Shown: in pieces, positions 30,741 to 41,046 of the stretch
Layout of the letters: every line of letters begins with the position of its first letter
Numbering within the stretch: the first letter of the stretch is position 1
Origin: an uncultured virus (IMG/VR IMGVR_UViG_3300025098_000001)
Lineage: Duplodnaviria; Heunggongvirae; Uroviricota; Caudoviricetes
IMG/VR virus record: IMGVR_UViG_3300025098_000001
Length of the DNA: 64,000 nucleotides
Strand: one strand, 5' to 3'
Translations under genes and position numbers: made by a program
Notes under the pieces: model-generated
The model's input: the letters and a program-made list of their open reading frames with translations, nothing else
What the model was told of the DNA's origin: nothing
Database searches by the model: none

Positions 30741-32395
30741 CCTACTCTCCTCTCCGTTCTTTTATCTACATTTTTATTTCCAGCATCTCCGGGCAATCCT
30801 GTGTATCTTTTATCCGGTGAAGGGGGCATTCTTTTCTTTGGGGTATAGTCAGCCTTATCTGCTACTTCCCCCGCTACTTGTCCTTTTGTTTGGCCGCTTA
30901 ATAAGGCTTGTTCTTGAAGTTGTCCTAATTGTGATGAATCTATATTAGTTCCCGCATACTTATCTGTTTCAATAGGTTTATCTTTCTTATCAACATCTAC
31001 TTCTGTAAGGCCTTCTGCTGGGTATTTCTTAAATATAAAATCACCATCTTCATTCATATCAACTTCAAAACCAAGATTTTTCATTTGAATCGCAAGTGCG
31101 ACTTCCATTTCTCTTCTACGAAGAACTGCAATTTCATCCTCTTCTTCCGAGCGAAGAAGTTGAACTCTCCAGTCAGTAATACCAAATTGGTCCATTACAA
31201 ACGGGAATAGATATTTATTATAAACCCCTTGAGCCATTTCAACTGCACGATTAGTGACAAGAATCTGCATTCCTTCCGAATTAAGACCACCGGAGGCAGT
31301 ATTATCTGCCATAAAAATATTACTCACACCATAGAAGGCCGAGATTCTTGTTCTCAAGTCTTCCTTTACAGCAGTATAATCCATCTCTTTTAATGAGTTC
31401 ATAAAAGGAATCCATTCAACAGAACCACGAGAACCTCCCTCGGATTCAATACCCATGATAGGGATATAGTGAGGGTCTTGTTCCAACTTTTCTTTAACAC
31501 CTTTCCAATACTTTACCAATGACTCCATGTTATTTGTTTGCACAGCAAGAATACCTTTTGGTGTTCTCATTTTTTGATATGAAGTGCTAATGTAAGACTC
31601 CATGGCCTGAAGAGTAAAAATATAATTAAACAATGTAATTACTGGGGGGTGTCCGTATAATCTCGTAGGTGAATATTTACTAAAATGAACTACCTCTCCT
31701 GTAATATAATGTTGTTCTGCTTGAGCAGTTTTATTTGTAAATTCGATGGGGTGTAGATTACTACCACACATACCACACTTTTCATACCTTTCTTCGGAAA
31801 TAAAATCTCTATGCGTGACGCAAGTATATCGCTGGTGTCCTCTATCACCATCTTCGTCAACTTCTATAAACATTGTAGTTGGGTCTCCTCTATAAATCTC
31901 GTTAATTTTAGACATGGCTATTTCACCATTTTCTTCTAAGAAGTAGTCCTTGACTAAGATTAAAAAAGCATCATCCATAACATTGAGGTCTGTCTCTAAT
32001 TCCTTCAAAATATCAATGAACAACTGGTGTGAATCATTTACATGATTCTTAAAAAAATTCTCAGCATAGACCTTTTGATTATAATTAGGCGTTCTTAAAT
32101 CTCTTGACCTACAATTCATACATTCATCTACATCTTTTTGATGTTCATAGCCGCAGGAATTACACTTCTTATCAAATGCCTTTTTCCATTCATAACCTCG
32201 ACGAAAAACCTCATTTTTAAGTTGAACCAAACAAGTGCGAACCACTGTTGAGTTTTTAGCGGTATCATATAAATATCTACCGGCGTAATGTTGAGGGTAT
32301 CTACGCTCTTGAATACCTAAGTTATATACTTCTTTTTCCGTAGGAATTGGTGTTCTTCTTCGTATCAATGTTCTAAATCTGTCTCTTAGTCCCAT
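30737..32395 (-). CDS. Portal protein with Zn-finger-like insertions
   Basis: VVRTCL, DDAFLIL, EVVHFSKYSP..LYGHPP, TPKGIL, ISAFYGVSNIF portal motifs; CNSC/CMNC and CVTH/CGMC inserts. Confidence 0.85.
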   Translation of the reverse strand: MGLRDRFRTLIRRRTPIPTEKEVYNLGIQERRYPQHYAGRYLYDTAKNSTVVRTCLVQLKNEVFRRGYEWKKAFDKKCNSCGYEHQKDVDECMNCRSRDLRTPNYNQKVYAENFFKNHVNDSHQLFIDILKELETDLNVMDDAFLILVKDYFLEENGEIAMSKINEIYRGDPTTMFIEVDEDGDRGHQRYTCVTHRDFISEERYEKCGMCGSNLHPIEFTNKTAQAEQHYITGEVVHFSKYSPTRLYGHPPVITLFNYIFTLQAMESYISTSYQKMRTPKGILAVQTNNMESLVKYWKGVKEKLEQDPHYIPIMGIESEGGSRGSVEWIPFMNSLKEMDYTAVKEDLRTRISAFYGVSNIFMADNTASGGLNSEGMQILVTNRAVEMAQGVYNKYLFPFVMDQFGITDWRVQLLRSEEEDEIAVLRRREMEVALAIQMKNLGFEVDMNEDGDFIFKKYPAEGLTEVDVDKKDKPIETDKYAGTNIDSSQLGQLQEQALLSGQTKGQVAGEVADKADYTPKKRMPPSPDKRYTGLPGDAGNKNVDKRTERRVG

Positions 32396-32397
32396 AC

Positions 32398-33780
32398 TTA
32401 TTCCTCCTTAACAATCGAATCTAATTCATTCATCAAATCCCATTTACAGTTATTTTTATATTTTGATATATTATCTTCTTGTATATCATATTTTTCAAAC
32501 TCAACAGCACCTTGATTGCGAGCATCCTTCCAATTTTCCCACTTAATAAGTTTAAAAATTTCAGTCATTCTACTTTTAGCCCAAGGCTCTTTCTTGTAAA
32601 ACTTCTTAATTTTAATTGCCTCTTGTAAAAGTCTACCCTGTTCTTGTTTCATGCGAAGGTGGGGTAAGCACTTTTCTAATAATTTTGTAATATCATTTTG
32701 ACTATAAAAATTTAGCCTATGTTGACTTCTACTATTCTCTCCCACCTTTTGGTCCAAGTGTAGGCGGCCAATTTTTAATTCCTTTTCCATTTCTTGAAAG
32801 AAGGCTCTTCCTCTATCTCCCGTGGCAATCATGCCAATACGGGGAGAATATGAAGAGTCCATAGTAATATAACCATCGGAGTCAATAAACCCTGCTACAT
32901 ACCCATAAAGGTCTTTTTTAATCGTATCACTAAGAATGTAGTAATCTCCATTAACATTTGTAGCGTTAATTCTTCTCAACATTTTAGAAATTGTCTGCGG
33001 TGTAGTAGAGCGATGATAACTTTTTGGCAACATTGAGTGAATACTATTACTTGAAATTCCGGGATTATTACAAATGGTTTTTGTGATAATATTATCCAAA
33101 ACATCTTGTCTTGATTTTCTAATAGACTGATGAGAAATTTCTTTGATTATAGAGCGTATGTTTTTCTTGCTTTCCTTGAACACCTTAGTGTAGTCAGTAT
33201 ATTCTTTACCGTAGTCTAATTCATTCTTAAAAATATTAGCCTCCCACATTTTTGTTAAATTGTCTAAAATTTGCGCTCTCATATCTCCATCCTTGATATG
33301 TTCTAATTTTCTTAGTGTGACTATATCAGGTGTAAGTAACTTGAGTGCAGGTTTATACGGGGAAACCCAATAGATAGAATCCATACACTTATTCAAATGT
33401 TCTCCGTATGCGTTAATTAAATGGTCTATTGTCTTACTCATTTTCATTCTTGAGTCGCCTTTTAGTTGTCTACGCATATTTCTTAAATCCTTAACAATAT
33501 CCGGTATAGGTTTGTTATCAATTAGTGGTTCTTCAGGGAAAGAAGATAACATATTTCTTGCATCGGTAAGATTAACTTGGTATATTTTAGAAATATCTTT
33601 GATAACCTCAGTCTCATCAATAGACTGATACGGTAGCCATTCGCTAAGTTTAATATCATCCACTAATTGTTTCTTGTTTTCTTTTACTTTATTCTGCGCT
33701 TCGTCAAGTTCCTGCAACTTTCTACGAAGTTCGTCTGTATTAATTTCATCTTCCTTACATATTAATTCCATATATTCCAC
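32398..33780 (-). CDS. LAGLIDADG endonuclease-domain protein with long helical/wHTH N-terminus
   Basis: YVAGFIDSDGYI motif followed by a typical LAGLIDADG body (LPHLRMKQEQ). Confidence 0.8.
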   Translation of the reverse strand: MEYMELICKEDEINTDELRRKLQELDEAQNKVKENKKQLVDDIKLSEWLPYQSIDETEVIKDISKIYQVNLTDARNMLSSFPEEPLIDNKPIPDIVKDLRNMRRQLKGDSRMKMSKTIDHLINAYGEHLNKCMDSIYWVSPYKPALKLLTPDIVTLRKLEHIKDGDMRAQILDNLTKMWEANIFKNELDYGKEYTDYTKVFKESKKNIRSIIKEISHQSIRKSRQDVLDNIITKTICNNPGISSNSIHSMLPKSYHRSTTPQTISKMLRRINATNVNGDYYILSDTIKKDLYGYVAGFIDSDGYITMDSSYSPRIGMIATGDRGRAFFQEMEKELKIGRLHLDQKVGENSRSQHRLNFYSQNDITKLLEKCLPHLRMKQEQGRLLQEAIKIKKFYKKEPWAKSRMTEIFKLIKWENWKDARNQGAVEFEKYDIQEDNISKYKNNCKWDLMNELDSIVKEE

Positions 33781-35170
33781 CTCCGAAATCTTGTCTTGTT
33801 GGTGTCCCGAATAACCCGCTACTATCTATGTCTATGAAAGCATCATTAAAAGACTTTGTGGCGTGATTAGCCAATGCGAGTGCGATAACAATATCATCGT
33901 GTGCGCCTAAACCTTCAATTTTTCCCGTACTGCTAATACCGAATGCTTCGAGTTCTTGTATAATTGCATCGGAAACAGCCTTTGCCTTTTCATCCGCATA
34001 GGGTAGTATAATTTTATTGTTCTCCAAATTCATCTGTAAGTTAAGAATAATTTCCTCCTTTTTCTTACGGTGCATTGTAAATTCTTTAACGGGAAAGTCG
34101 GATATGTCTCGCAGTTCCATAGCAAAGGACTTTGCGAATGTATTAGTTTCAATCATTACAACTTCGGGTTTGTATCTCTCGCAAAGGTCTGTAATGCGTG
34201 TAATGTGAGAACGGAAGTCCATATTTTTTTCTCTTACCATCCAAACCACTTTTTTATTCATATCTTCATCTACTTCAATAACCATCATTACTGTATAGTC
34301 GCCGTCTGCTGAAAGTGAGGGGTCGTAGCCAATGTAGTATTTGAATGCGTCAGTATTACCATGATACGATAACTTACTTGTTCGGTCTTTAGACTTGTCG
34401 ATAAATTCTTTTCCAAATAACATCGTGTTGGATGAAATTGGTATGCAGAGATATTCTCTTGTGAACTTAGAAGAGCCGATTTCTCTCCTTCTCTTTTCTA
34501 AAGAATCTATATCCCAACGGGAGGGCCAAAGAGCATCACCTGTTTGATTTATCGCTGGATAGCGTTGAACATCATATTCAGGGTTTTCCTCTAATGCGGC
34601 AAATATATCAGTGTATGTGAAAGGTGTGCCGACCATCCGTAAAGTAGCGGTGTGGTGAAGAGTAGGAATCATGTCTCCCCAAAACCAATCTGTAACTCGC
34701 TGTATGGCGGCAACAGAAAACTCCTTCATCGGGTCGTCAATAATAATCTCTTGAGGGTGAAGTCCACGAATCTGTGAACCAACGGAACGCTCAAGTATTT
34801 CATTTCCGTTTGTTAATCTCATTGAGCCGACAGCCCAACCGGACTTAGGTTTGAATTTTCTTAATGCTGGAATGTTTGTAAACATTCGGTCAATGTCTTT
34901 CATGTGAACCATTGTCTGTTTTTGGTTTGATGAAATGTAAATCATTTGATATGGTGGAGGTTGAAAAATTAATTGATAGATACACCAAGAGTGAAAAAAT
35001 ACGGACTTTCCGTGGTCTCGTGAACAAATGATTACAGTTCTTTGAGTGTCGTGAACTGATTGTAGCCAATCACGATGAAAAGGGGCCATTTCAAATCCGA
35101 GAATTTTCGTAAAGAAATATTCAAAATTACCATCGGAGGCTTTCATATCCATTTCTGTAAGTAAGTCCAT
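33755..35170 (-). CDS. terL: Terminase large subunit
   Basis: Walker A SRDHGKS, Walker B IIIDD, VGTP coupling motif, RNase H-like GYDPS..DYT and HDDIVIALALA. Confidence 0.95.
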   Translation of the reverse strand: MDLLTEMDMKASDGNFEYFFTKILGFEMAPFHRDWLQSVHDTQRTVIICSRDHGKSVFFHSWCIYQLIFQPPPYQMIYISSNQKQTMVHMKDIDRMFTNIPALRKFKPKSGWAVGSMRLTNGNEILERSVGSQIRGLHPQEIIIDDPMKEFSVAAIQRVTDWFWGDMIPTLHHTATLRMVGTPFTYTDIFAALEENPEYDVQRYPAINQTGDALWPSRWDIDSLEKRRREIGSSKFTREYLCIPISSNTMLFGKEFIDKSKDRTSKLSYHGNTDAFKYYIGYDPSLSADGDYTVMMVIEVDEDMNKKVVWMVREKNMDFRSHITRITDLCERYKPEVVMIETNTFAKSFAMELRDISDFPVKEFTMHRKKKEEIILNLQMNLENNKIILPYADEKAKAVSDAIIQELEAFGISSTGKIEGLGAHDDIVIALALANHATKSFNDAFIDIDSSGLFGTPTRQDFGGGIYGINM

Positions 35171-36042
35171 TAACCAATCACCCTTTCATAAAATGTAGTT
35201 GTTTTACCAGCACTTTTGACTCTTCTACTTACATATTCTTTATTTCTTGACAAATAAATTTTAAGTTCATTTCTCGTAGGAATTGTCTGTCTTCCTGTAA
35301 TATTAGAATCTCTACTAATTATTGCATACATTGAATCTATTATTTCTTTAACACTTCTTTCTTTACCGTCGACCATAATTTCATCAGTAAGTTTTTTTGC
35401 ATTTGAGGATATACCACGCTTTAATATTCCCCAAGCCTTTTTCATAGCAGGGTCATCTAAACTTTTAGGAACCCACACGCCATATGTTGTAGCATCTCTT
35501 TGAAAGCGTTGATAATATCTATCCGGCAACAGTGGGTGTTTTTTCGTGTGAGGTAAAATTTCAAATCCCAACTTTCTATAACTTTGTAATCTCCAAGGCG
35601 CGTCATTAGAAAGTGAAAAAGCAATTATCTTTTTTTCCGTTTCTGCTAAATTTTTAGCATACGGCATTCTAAATTCCTGTAATTTATTAAAGAACCCTCT
35701 TTGTAAAAATTGAATATTGCCATACTTTTCCGCATGACTTTCATAGCCCCCTACTGTGAAAGAACCTCCATCTCCGATAATATCATCCATTACAACAATG
35801 CCGGATTTAGAAACAGGATAACCAAATTCATCAAAAATAACCCAGTGTTTTGTATCTGGACTTGCAAAAAGAAAAGGACTATCCTTTCTATTTCTTAGCA
35901 ATCTATTTGCTTCCGGCCATCTATTTGCGTAGCCTACAAATTGTTCATCCGATATAGGCCCTACGATAGTAAAAGTTTCCTCACCTTCGGTGAATTGAGT
36001 CCCCGAAGGAACAGGGTATCTTTTACTACGCTTGCCTTTCAT
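35170..36042 (-). CDS. Putative GNAT-like domain fused to a C-terminal wHTH
   Basis: QRGFFNKL and SYRKLGFE (GNAT-like); internal AWGILK; C-terminal domain similar to ORF 61418-61648. Confidence 0.45.
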   Translation of the reverse strand: MKGKRSKRYPVPSGTQFTEGEETFTIVGPISDEQFVGYANRWPEANRLLRNRKDSPFLFASPDTKHWVIFDEFGYPVSKSGIVVMDDIIGDGGSFTVGGYESHAEKYGNIQFLQRGFFNKLQEFRMPYAKNLAETEKKIIAFSLSNDAPWRLQSYRKLGFEILPHTKKHPLLPDRYYQRFQRDATTYGVWVPKSLDDPAMKKAWGILKRGISSNAKKLTDEIMVDGKERSVKEIIDSMYAIISRDSNITGRQTIPTRNELKIYLSRNKEYVSRRVKSAGKTTTFYERVIG

Positions 36043-38714
36043 CTAAATAGCCCCTTGACTTTGTAAATTATATCGTCGCTAATTCCGTAGTAAGAAGATA
36101 GGGTATTAAAGGAATCGTATGATTTAATAATACCTTCAATATCACGAGCGTATAAGTCAATTTTATCTTCCTTGTGTATTAAGTCTAATACATATTCTAC
36201 ATCACCTACATCGTCAAAATTAAAATACGCCTTATAGATTTTTTCCCCCCTATTAGATTTAACCGTGTCGAGTGCTTCTACATATGCCTTATACATCGCA
36301 TCTTTATCCGTAAGTCTTCTGGAAATTTTCAACGGGTTTCTTCGTAGCGTTCTTTTAAGATTTCTAAGTTTTGTTCCTAAAGCGTTATCTTTAGCGTATT
36401 CTATAAACTCTTCATCTTCTAAAACATCAAATATTTTTAATTGGGAAATGTTTGTTTCAGCATCTTTATATTCGGTTATAGGTCTACCTCCGAATACAAT
36501 ATTGTTGGAATCATTAGCACCTATTGTTTGTGAAGAGAGAAGTATTTCATACAGTAACTTACCCATGTAATTTGTAAGATTTCTATTGACTCCTGTAATT
36601 TGTTTTCTTCTTGAATCACTCTTAGGTAAGTCCATTAGATATAGTTTTCTAAAAACTGGCATTGCTTTATCCATAATATTTAGTGCTTCGGGAACAGAGA
36701 GTTGACTATAACGCTTAAGACCTTCAAAGAATTCTATTAAATCGTCAAAATCTTCTTGGGTAATATTAATATTTGCCCTTTTAACCATAGCCCTTCTAAT
36801 ACCCGCTCTTACACTTGTGCCTGTTTTTGTAGATAGGGCGGCAATTTTTTTGTAAGAATCCGATAGTATAAAATTAGGTTTATCCATTTCAAATAAATAT
36901 CGAGTGTCTATAATGTCAAAGTAATATTGGTTAAATATGGAAACTAATTGTTCGAAGAATCCGTAAGTCAAATCACTTTCTTCTTGTAGGGTTTCTGCAA
37001 ATTCTCCCGGCTGTTCAATATAATTGCCACCTGATAGAGAAGCGGTTCTTGCAGAACCGGGTCTTGTAGCAAAAGGTTTTCTTGCCACATTTCTATTAAA
37101 ACGGGCTTCGGGTAATATATTTTTAATTTCAACTATGGTATCAAATAACTCATTTGCCATTTCATTTACAGAATTAATATAAGCCATGTATGAATTTTTT
37201 TCTACAGTTTTTAATATTAATTTAATATTGTTATCTTGAGTGACAGGTATATAATATTCTAAAGTAAATTTATACTTTTCTTTGCCAGACTTTAGTTTAG
37301 TAAGTATTGAACTATTTTTCTTATCATCTAAAATCATAAATGTGTAAGGGCCTTCTTTTACGAGGTCGCTTTTTATTTCTGTAATAAATTCTTTAATTTG
37401 GTCCAAATAACTTTCCTTTACCATTTCTAAAATATCCGGACTTTCTAAGTATTCGGATAATTCTGTCATTACTCTTTCCTCTACCTTCTGTGCTAAATCA
37501 CCCTCAACATATAATCGAGATTTATTTAATTTAGCGGCTAATAATGTAAGTGGGTCGGCCATTTTTTCGACCTCTTCTACTTCAACCAATAATTCTTCAC
37601 CGACTTGCTCATTATAATCAATAGAAGAAGAAACTGTATTGTCTCCGGGATTTTCATTGCGAGCGTATTTAGTCTCGTCTTGAATATCCACTTCGTCGCT
37701 AGAAATACCTCTTGAAAATATTTCTCTGTATTCTTCAATGTCAACTCCTGTAATTTGATTAACCAAATCACTTGCCAATTTAACAAGAGAAACTTCTTGA
37801 GAGTATTGTGTTATAGAAGGTGGGGTGGAATAGGTAATTGTATATTTAGGTATTCTTAATTTTTTAATTTTTTCTAAGGCCCTTTTATATTTTAAAACTG
37901 TGGCTGAATACCCTTCTTCCGCATCTATTGTTTCTAAAAATTCTCTCATTTCTTCATTAACCGTTGTTGTCAACTCCAGTGAACCTTCTCTTCTTTTTAG
38001 CGATTCACCTAATTCGTTTCCTGTAAGTTCCTGTATTTTTTGTAATAATGGTAATTCTATTACTATACCTTCAAACGATTTAAATGTGTTGTCTGTATCG
38101 GCCCAGTATTCGTAAATTTTCTTTCTATCTCCTGCGTCGGTCAATTGATATTTTCTAAAGCCGTCAAATATCTCATCAAGACTTTTTGTATCAGGTGTGA
38201 CAGTTTCTCTACCCCCTTGCTGTTCATCTAAAGCAAGGAAAATATTTCGTAAAAGGTCTTCTATTTCTGGAAATTTCGTAAAAACTCCATCTTCCAAAAA
38301 GGCAGAACAATTTTCTATAGTATCTTCCCAATCGTTCTCACTAAATGAACCTCCAGCAGAAATTCTATTTTCCCAAGACTCTTCGGTAATTGTAGTAAGT
38401 CCGTAGAATCTACCGGCTACTGGGTATGATTCGGAAAGAAACTTAGGTTTTTGTTTTGTAAATATTTTCTCGGAACCTAAAAATAAATCTAATTCAACAA
38501 TAGATGCTAAGTCGGAGAGGGCCGCTATTAATTTTAATCGCTCATCCATTTGTGGAACTCGTGACTCAATATTTTCTGTCTTTTCTGTCATTCCTAATCT
38601 TTTATCTAATATGACTTTATCTTCTTCAAAATTACCAGTCTTACCAGTAAATTCCCCTTCTCGTATAAATTCGTCTAATAGTTGTCCAAATTCTTGCTCA
38701 CTTATAATATTCAT
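36039..38714 (-). CDS. Large acidic hypothetical protein
   Basis: 891-aa ORF; GGTGA SD. Confidence 0.7.
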   Translation of the reverse strand: MNIISEQEFGQLLDEFIREGEFTGKTGNFEEDKVILDKRLGMTEKTENIESRVPQMDERLKLIAALSDLASIVELDLFLGSEKIFTKQKPKFLSESYPVAGRFYGLTTITEESWENRISAGGSFSENDWEDTIENCSAFLEDGVFTKFPEIEDLLRNIFLALDEQQGGRETVTPDTKSLDEIFDGFRKYQLTDAGDRKKIYEYWADTDNTFKSFEGIVIELPLLQKIQELTGNELGESLKRREGSLELTTTVNEEMREFLETIDAEEGYSATVLKYKRALEKIKKLRIPKYTITYSTPPSITQYSQEVSLVKLASDLVNQITGVDIEEYREIFSRGISSDEVDIQDETKYARNENPGDNTVSSSIDYNEQVGEELLVEVEEVEKMADPLTLLAAKLNKSRLYVEGDLAQKVEERVMTELSEYLESPDILEMVKESYLDQIKEFITEIKSDLVKEGPYTFMILDDKKNSSILTKLKSGKEKYKFTLEYYIPVTQDNNIKLILKTVEKNSYMAYINSVNEMANELFDTIVEIKNILPEARFNRNVARKPFATRPGSARTASLSGGNYIEQPGEFAETLQEESDLTYGFFEQLVSIFNQYYFDIIDTRYLFEMDKPNFILSDSYKKIAALSTKTGTSVRAGIRRAMVKRANINITQEDFDDLIEFFEGLKRYSQLSVPEALNIMDKAMPVFRKLYLMDLPKSDSRRKQITGVNRNLTNYMGKLLYEILLSSQTIGANDSNNIVFGGRPITEYKDAETNISQLKIFDVLEDEEFIEYAKDNALGTKLRNLKRTLRRNPLKISRRLTDKDAMYKAYVEALDTVKSNRGEKIYKAYFNFDDVGDVEYVLDLIHKEDKIDLYARDIEGIIKSYDSFNTLSSYYGISDDIIYKVKGLFR

Positions 38715-38719
38715 TCATT

Positions 38720-40387
38720 TCACCTTTTATAGTAGTCGGGGTCTTGCTCCAAATTTTCATCGTAGAGAGCATCTATCTCATGTAGATACTCGTAGGGATT
38801 TTTATTTTTAATTTTTATAAAGTTCTTAAGCGATTCTATCCTATTGGGATTTAGTGTAGAAAGCACTTCGGTTAATTCATTAATTATTATTGTAGGTATA
38901 GGTGTAAATAATTTATCTACGCCTGATTTTATTTGAGCCTCAAGTGCAGGTGCATTTTCGGCTACAATTCTAAAATAGTCTCTCGGCTCTTCTTCTTCTA
39001 AATCTTTTAATGTGTTGAAAACATTTTCTATACTTTCAAGAGAAATTGGATTAAAGGTTAATGCTAAGGCTATTGCGTTTTTAAATTGCTCGGCTTTCAT
39101 CTTAAAGGAATCCTCACCTTCTTGACTTAATGAAGCAAAATTATATGTTTTAGGAATATTGGTAAAATCACTCCCCCCTTCTTTATCTAATAAAAGTCTA
39201 TGGTAGACACTAAGCATAAGAACATATTCATTTTGTTCTAATTTGGTCCTATTTCTTCCCATGCGTCGAGAATACCCTCGTGGTAATTCTTCAACTTGAG
39301 GAACAATGTCATTTTTCCATTGTTCAAATTGAGTCTTAGTGTTGCCGTCTTGTTTTACATCTGCCCTTATTCTCTCTAATAATTCTTCAGGAGTTTCATC
39401 ACCGACACGGGCTAATACAGGATATTTTTGTTCCTTGCCCGTCTTAACCCAATCCGTCACATTTTTTCGACCAATTAAATCTCCCCCACCTACGGCAGAA
39501 CCAGTCTTTCCTCCCCTTGAAAATCTAAATATAAGATAATTACTGAAAAGAGTTTCTAATGCAGTAGGACCTCTCGCCCTTAGAAGTTTGCTTAATAGAG
39601 AAGTTTTGACTTCAAAATTACCGCCTTTGAAAAAGTCTACAAGAGGGCCGGTAAAATTAGAAGTTGTTCGATTTAACATGTGTCCATATATTCTCATTAT
39701 GTTTGTAAAACTTTCCTCGTTGTAATTTGAACTTCTCATCCATGTTCCTAAATTAATGGTAGCGTATTCTTTGTCTTGCACATGTAAGGCGTTGAGTCTT
39801 TTGACTATATTATAGCCTTGCGTTATTTCATTACCTTCGATAACTTCGCTTAACTGTTCTGTATCGACAGATTGCCAGCGTTCATCATCGGTTTGTATTT
39901 TAGAAATTAATTCTTTTAGTTTATCAAAAATACTTTGTCTCGGTGTACTGCTGGCTCTTGCTCTACTAATTAATATTGCCATGCCACTTAAAAAAGCAAC
40001 CGGATTACCATTGAGTAGTTGATTATACAATTCTTGAATATTTTCTTCTACCCACTTAACCGGATTGCCCGTGGTTTTATCACCAATTGTTTGACCGTCG
40101 CCATAGGGTAGTGAATAATATGCACCAAACCCTTCACTGGATTTTTCATCATACAGGGCTTGTAAGGTTTCAATAACTTTTTCAGGGTCTCTTTTATTAG
40201 AAACTATATCATCGTAAAACATACTTGTTTCATCTTTTGCCTCATCAATTAATTCTAAAATATCTTTCATATTATTAAAAGACAACTCACGATTTCTAAG
40301 TTTATCTAAATACTCAGTATCATTTCCCCTGCGCTCACGCACAGCACGAGCAAGTCTACCTTTTATTGGTTGAACCATACCTATCAC
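38720..40387 (-). CDS. Hypothetical protein
   Basis: 555-aa ORF; start may be ATG 40378. Confidence 0.7.
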   Translation of the reverse strand: MIGMVQPIKGRLARAVRERRGNDTEYLDKLRNRELSFNNMKDILELIDEAKDETSMFYDDIVSNKRDPEKVIETLQALYDEKSSEGFGAYYSLPYGDGQTIGDKTTGNPVKWVEENIQELYNQLLNGNPVAFLSGMAILISRARASSTPRQSIFDKLKELISKIQTDDERWQSVDTEQLSEVIEGNEITQGYNIVKRLNALHVQDKEYATINLGTWMRSSNYNEESFTNIMRIYGHMLNRTTSNFTGPLVDFFKGGNFEVKTSLLSKLLRARGPTALETLFSNYLIFRFSRGGKTGSAVGGGDLIGRKNVTDWVKTGKEQKYPVLARVGDETPEELLERIRADVKQDGNTKTQFEQWKNDIVPQVEELPRGYSRRMGRNRTKLEQNEYVLMLSVYHRLLLDKEGGSDFTNIPKTYNFASLSQEGEDSFKMKAEQFKNAIALALTFNPISLESIENVFNTLKDLEEEEPRDYFRIVAENAPALEAQIKSGVDKLFTPIPTIIINELTEVLSTLNPNRIESLKNFIKIKNKNPYEYLHEIDALYDENLEQDPDYYKR

Positions 40388-40569
40388 TTAAGCATCATGT
40401 AAATTCCCAAAACTCCACCCAAAACAATTATTACTTTCGGTAACGCCTTCTTAATCAAAGCCTTATACTTTGCCTCTTGGCCTTCGGAAATAAGCCCCAA
40501 GTCTTCTGCCAACTCTACAATATCTTCTGCAATATCAGCAGCATCTTCAATTTTATCTTCTGTACTCAT
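40384..40569 (-). CDS. Small membrane protein (one C-terminal TM helix)
   Basis: KVIIVLGGVLGIYMMLK; TATAAATA box upstream at about 40603-40610. Confidence 0.6.
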   Translation of the reverse strand: MSTEDKIEDAADIAEDIVELAEDLGLISEGQEAKYKALIKKALPKVIIVLGGVLGIYMMLK

Positions 40570-40619
40570 ATGAATCCCTAATTACCTCTTAGAGGAATGG
40601 GGTATTTATAGTTTTTTGA

Positions 40620-41042
40620 TTACTTGTCCTTCAATTGGTCTCGAAGACAAAATAAATCTTCAAATATTTCTTTATTAATTCCCATAAGACTATTGTATGC
40701 AGACACAATTTGAGGTTCAAAATCCGTGTCTGGAGAATTATCTGCCCTTTTAATTAACACTATTAAATCTTTACAAATCTGTATCATTTCCTCAAATCTA
40801 TCAATTCGTAAATCCGTATCAATAATACAATCATCTTCTTTTTCCAAAGTAGTTTGACCTTTACGCTGGGCAACCTTTAATCGTTTGTCTTCACGCTTTT
40901 TTCTTTCGGATAAAGATTTGTCAGCCTTCTCCTTCTGCCTCACCGCTTCTTCAATCGGGTCAAGATTAGCAATACTTTCACCGGCTAAAGTTCTTTGAAA
41001 ACCAAACTTGGTTTGCTTTTTCTTTAGACCGTCTTTCCACAT
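40620..41042 (-). CDS. Hypothetical protein with W-leader
   Basis: ATG 41042 (MWKDGLKK). Confidence 0.65.
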   Translation of the reverse strand: MWKDGLKKKQTKFGFQRTLAGESIANLDPIEEAVRQKEKADKSLSERKKREDKRLKVAQRKGQTTLEKEDDCIIDTDLRIDRFEEMIQICKDLIVLIKRADNSPDTDFEPQIVSAYNSLMGINKEIFEDLFCLRDQLKDK

Positions 41043-41046
41043 ATTC

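Noticed and set aside
32398..33780. LAGLIDADG ORF as an intein or intron of terL or portal
   Set aside because: Both neighbours appear complete, and there are no C/S...HN splice junctions
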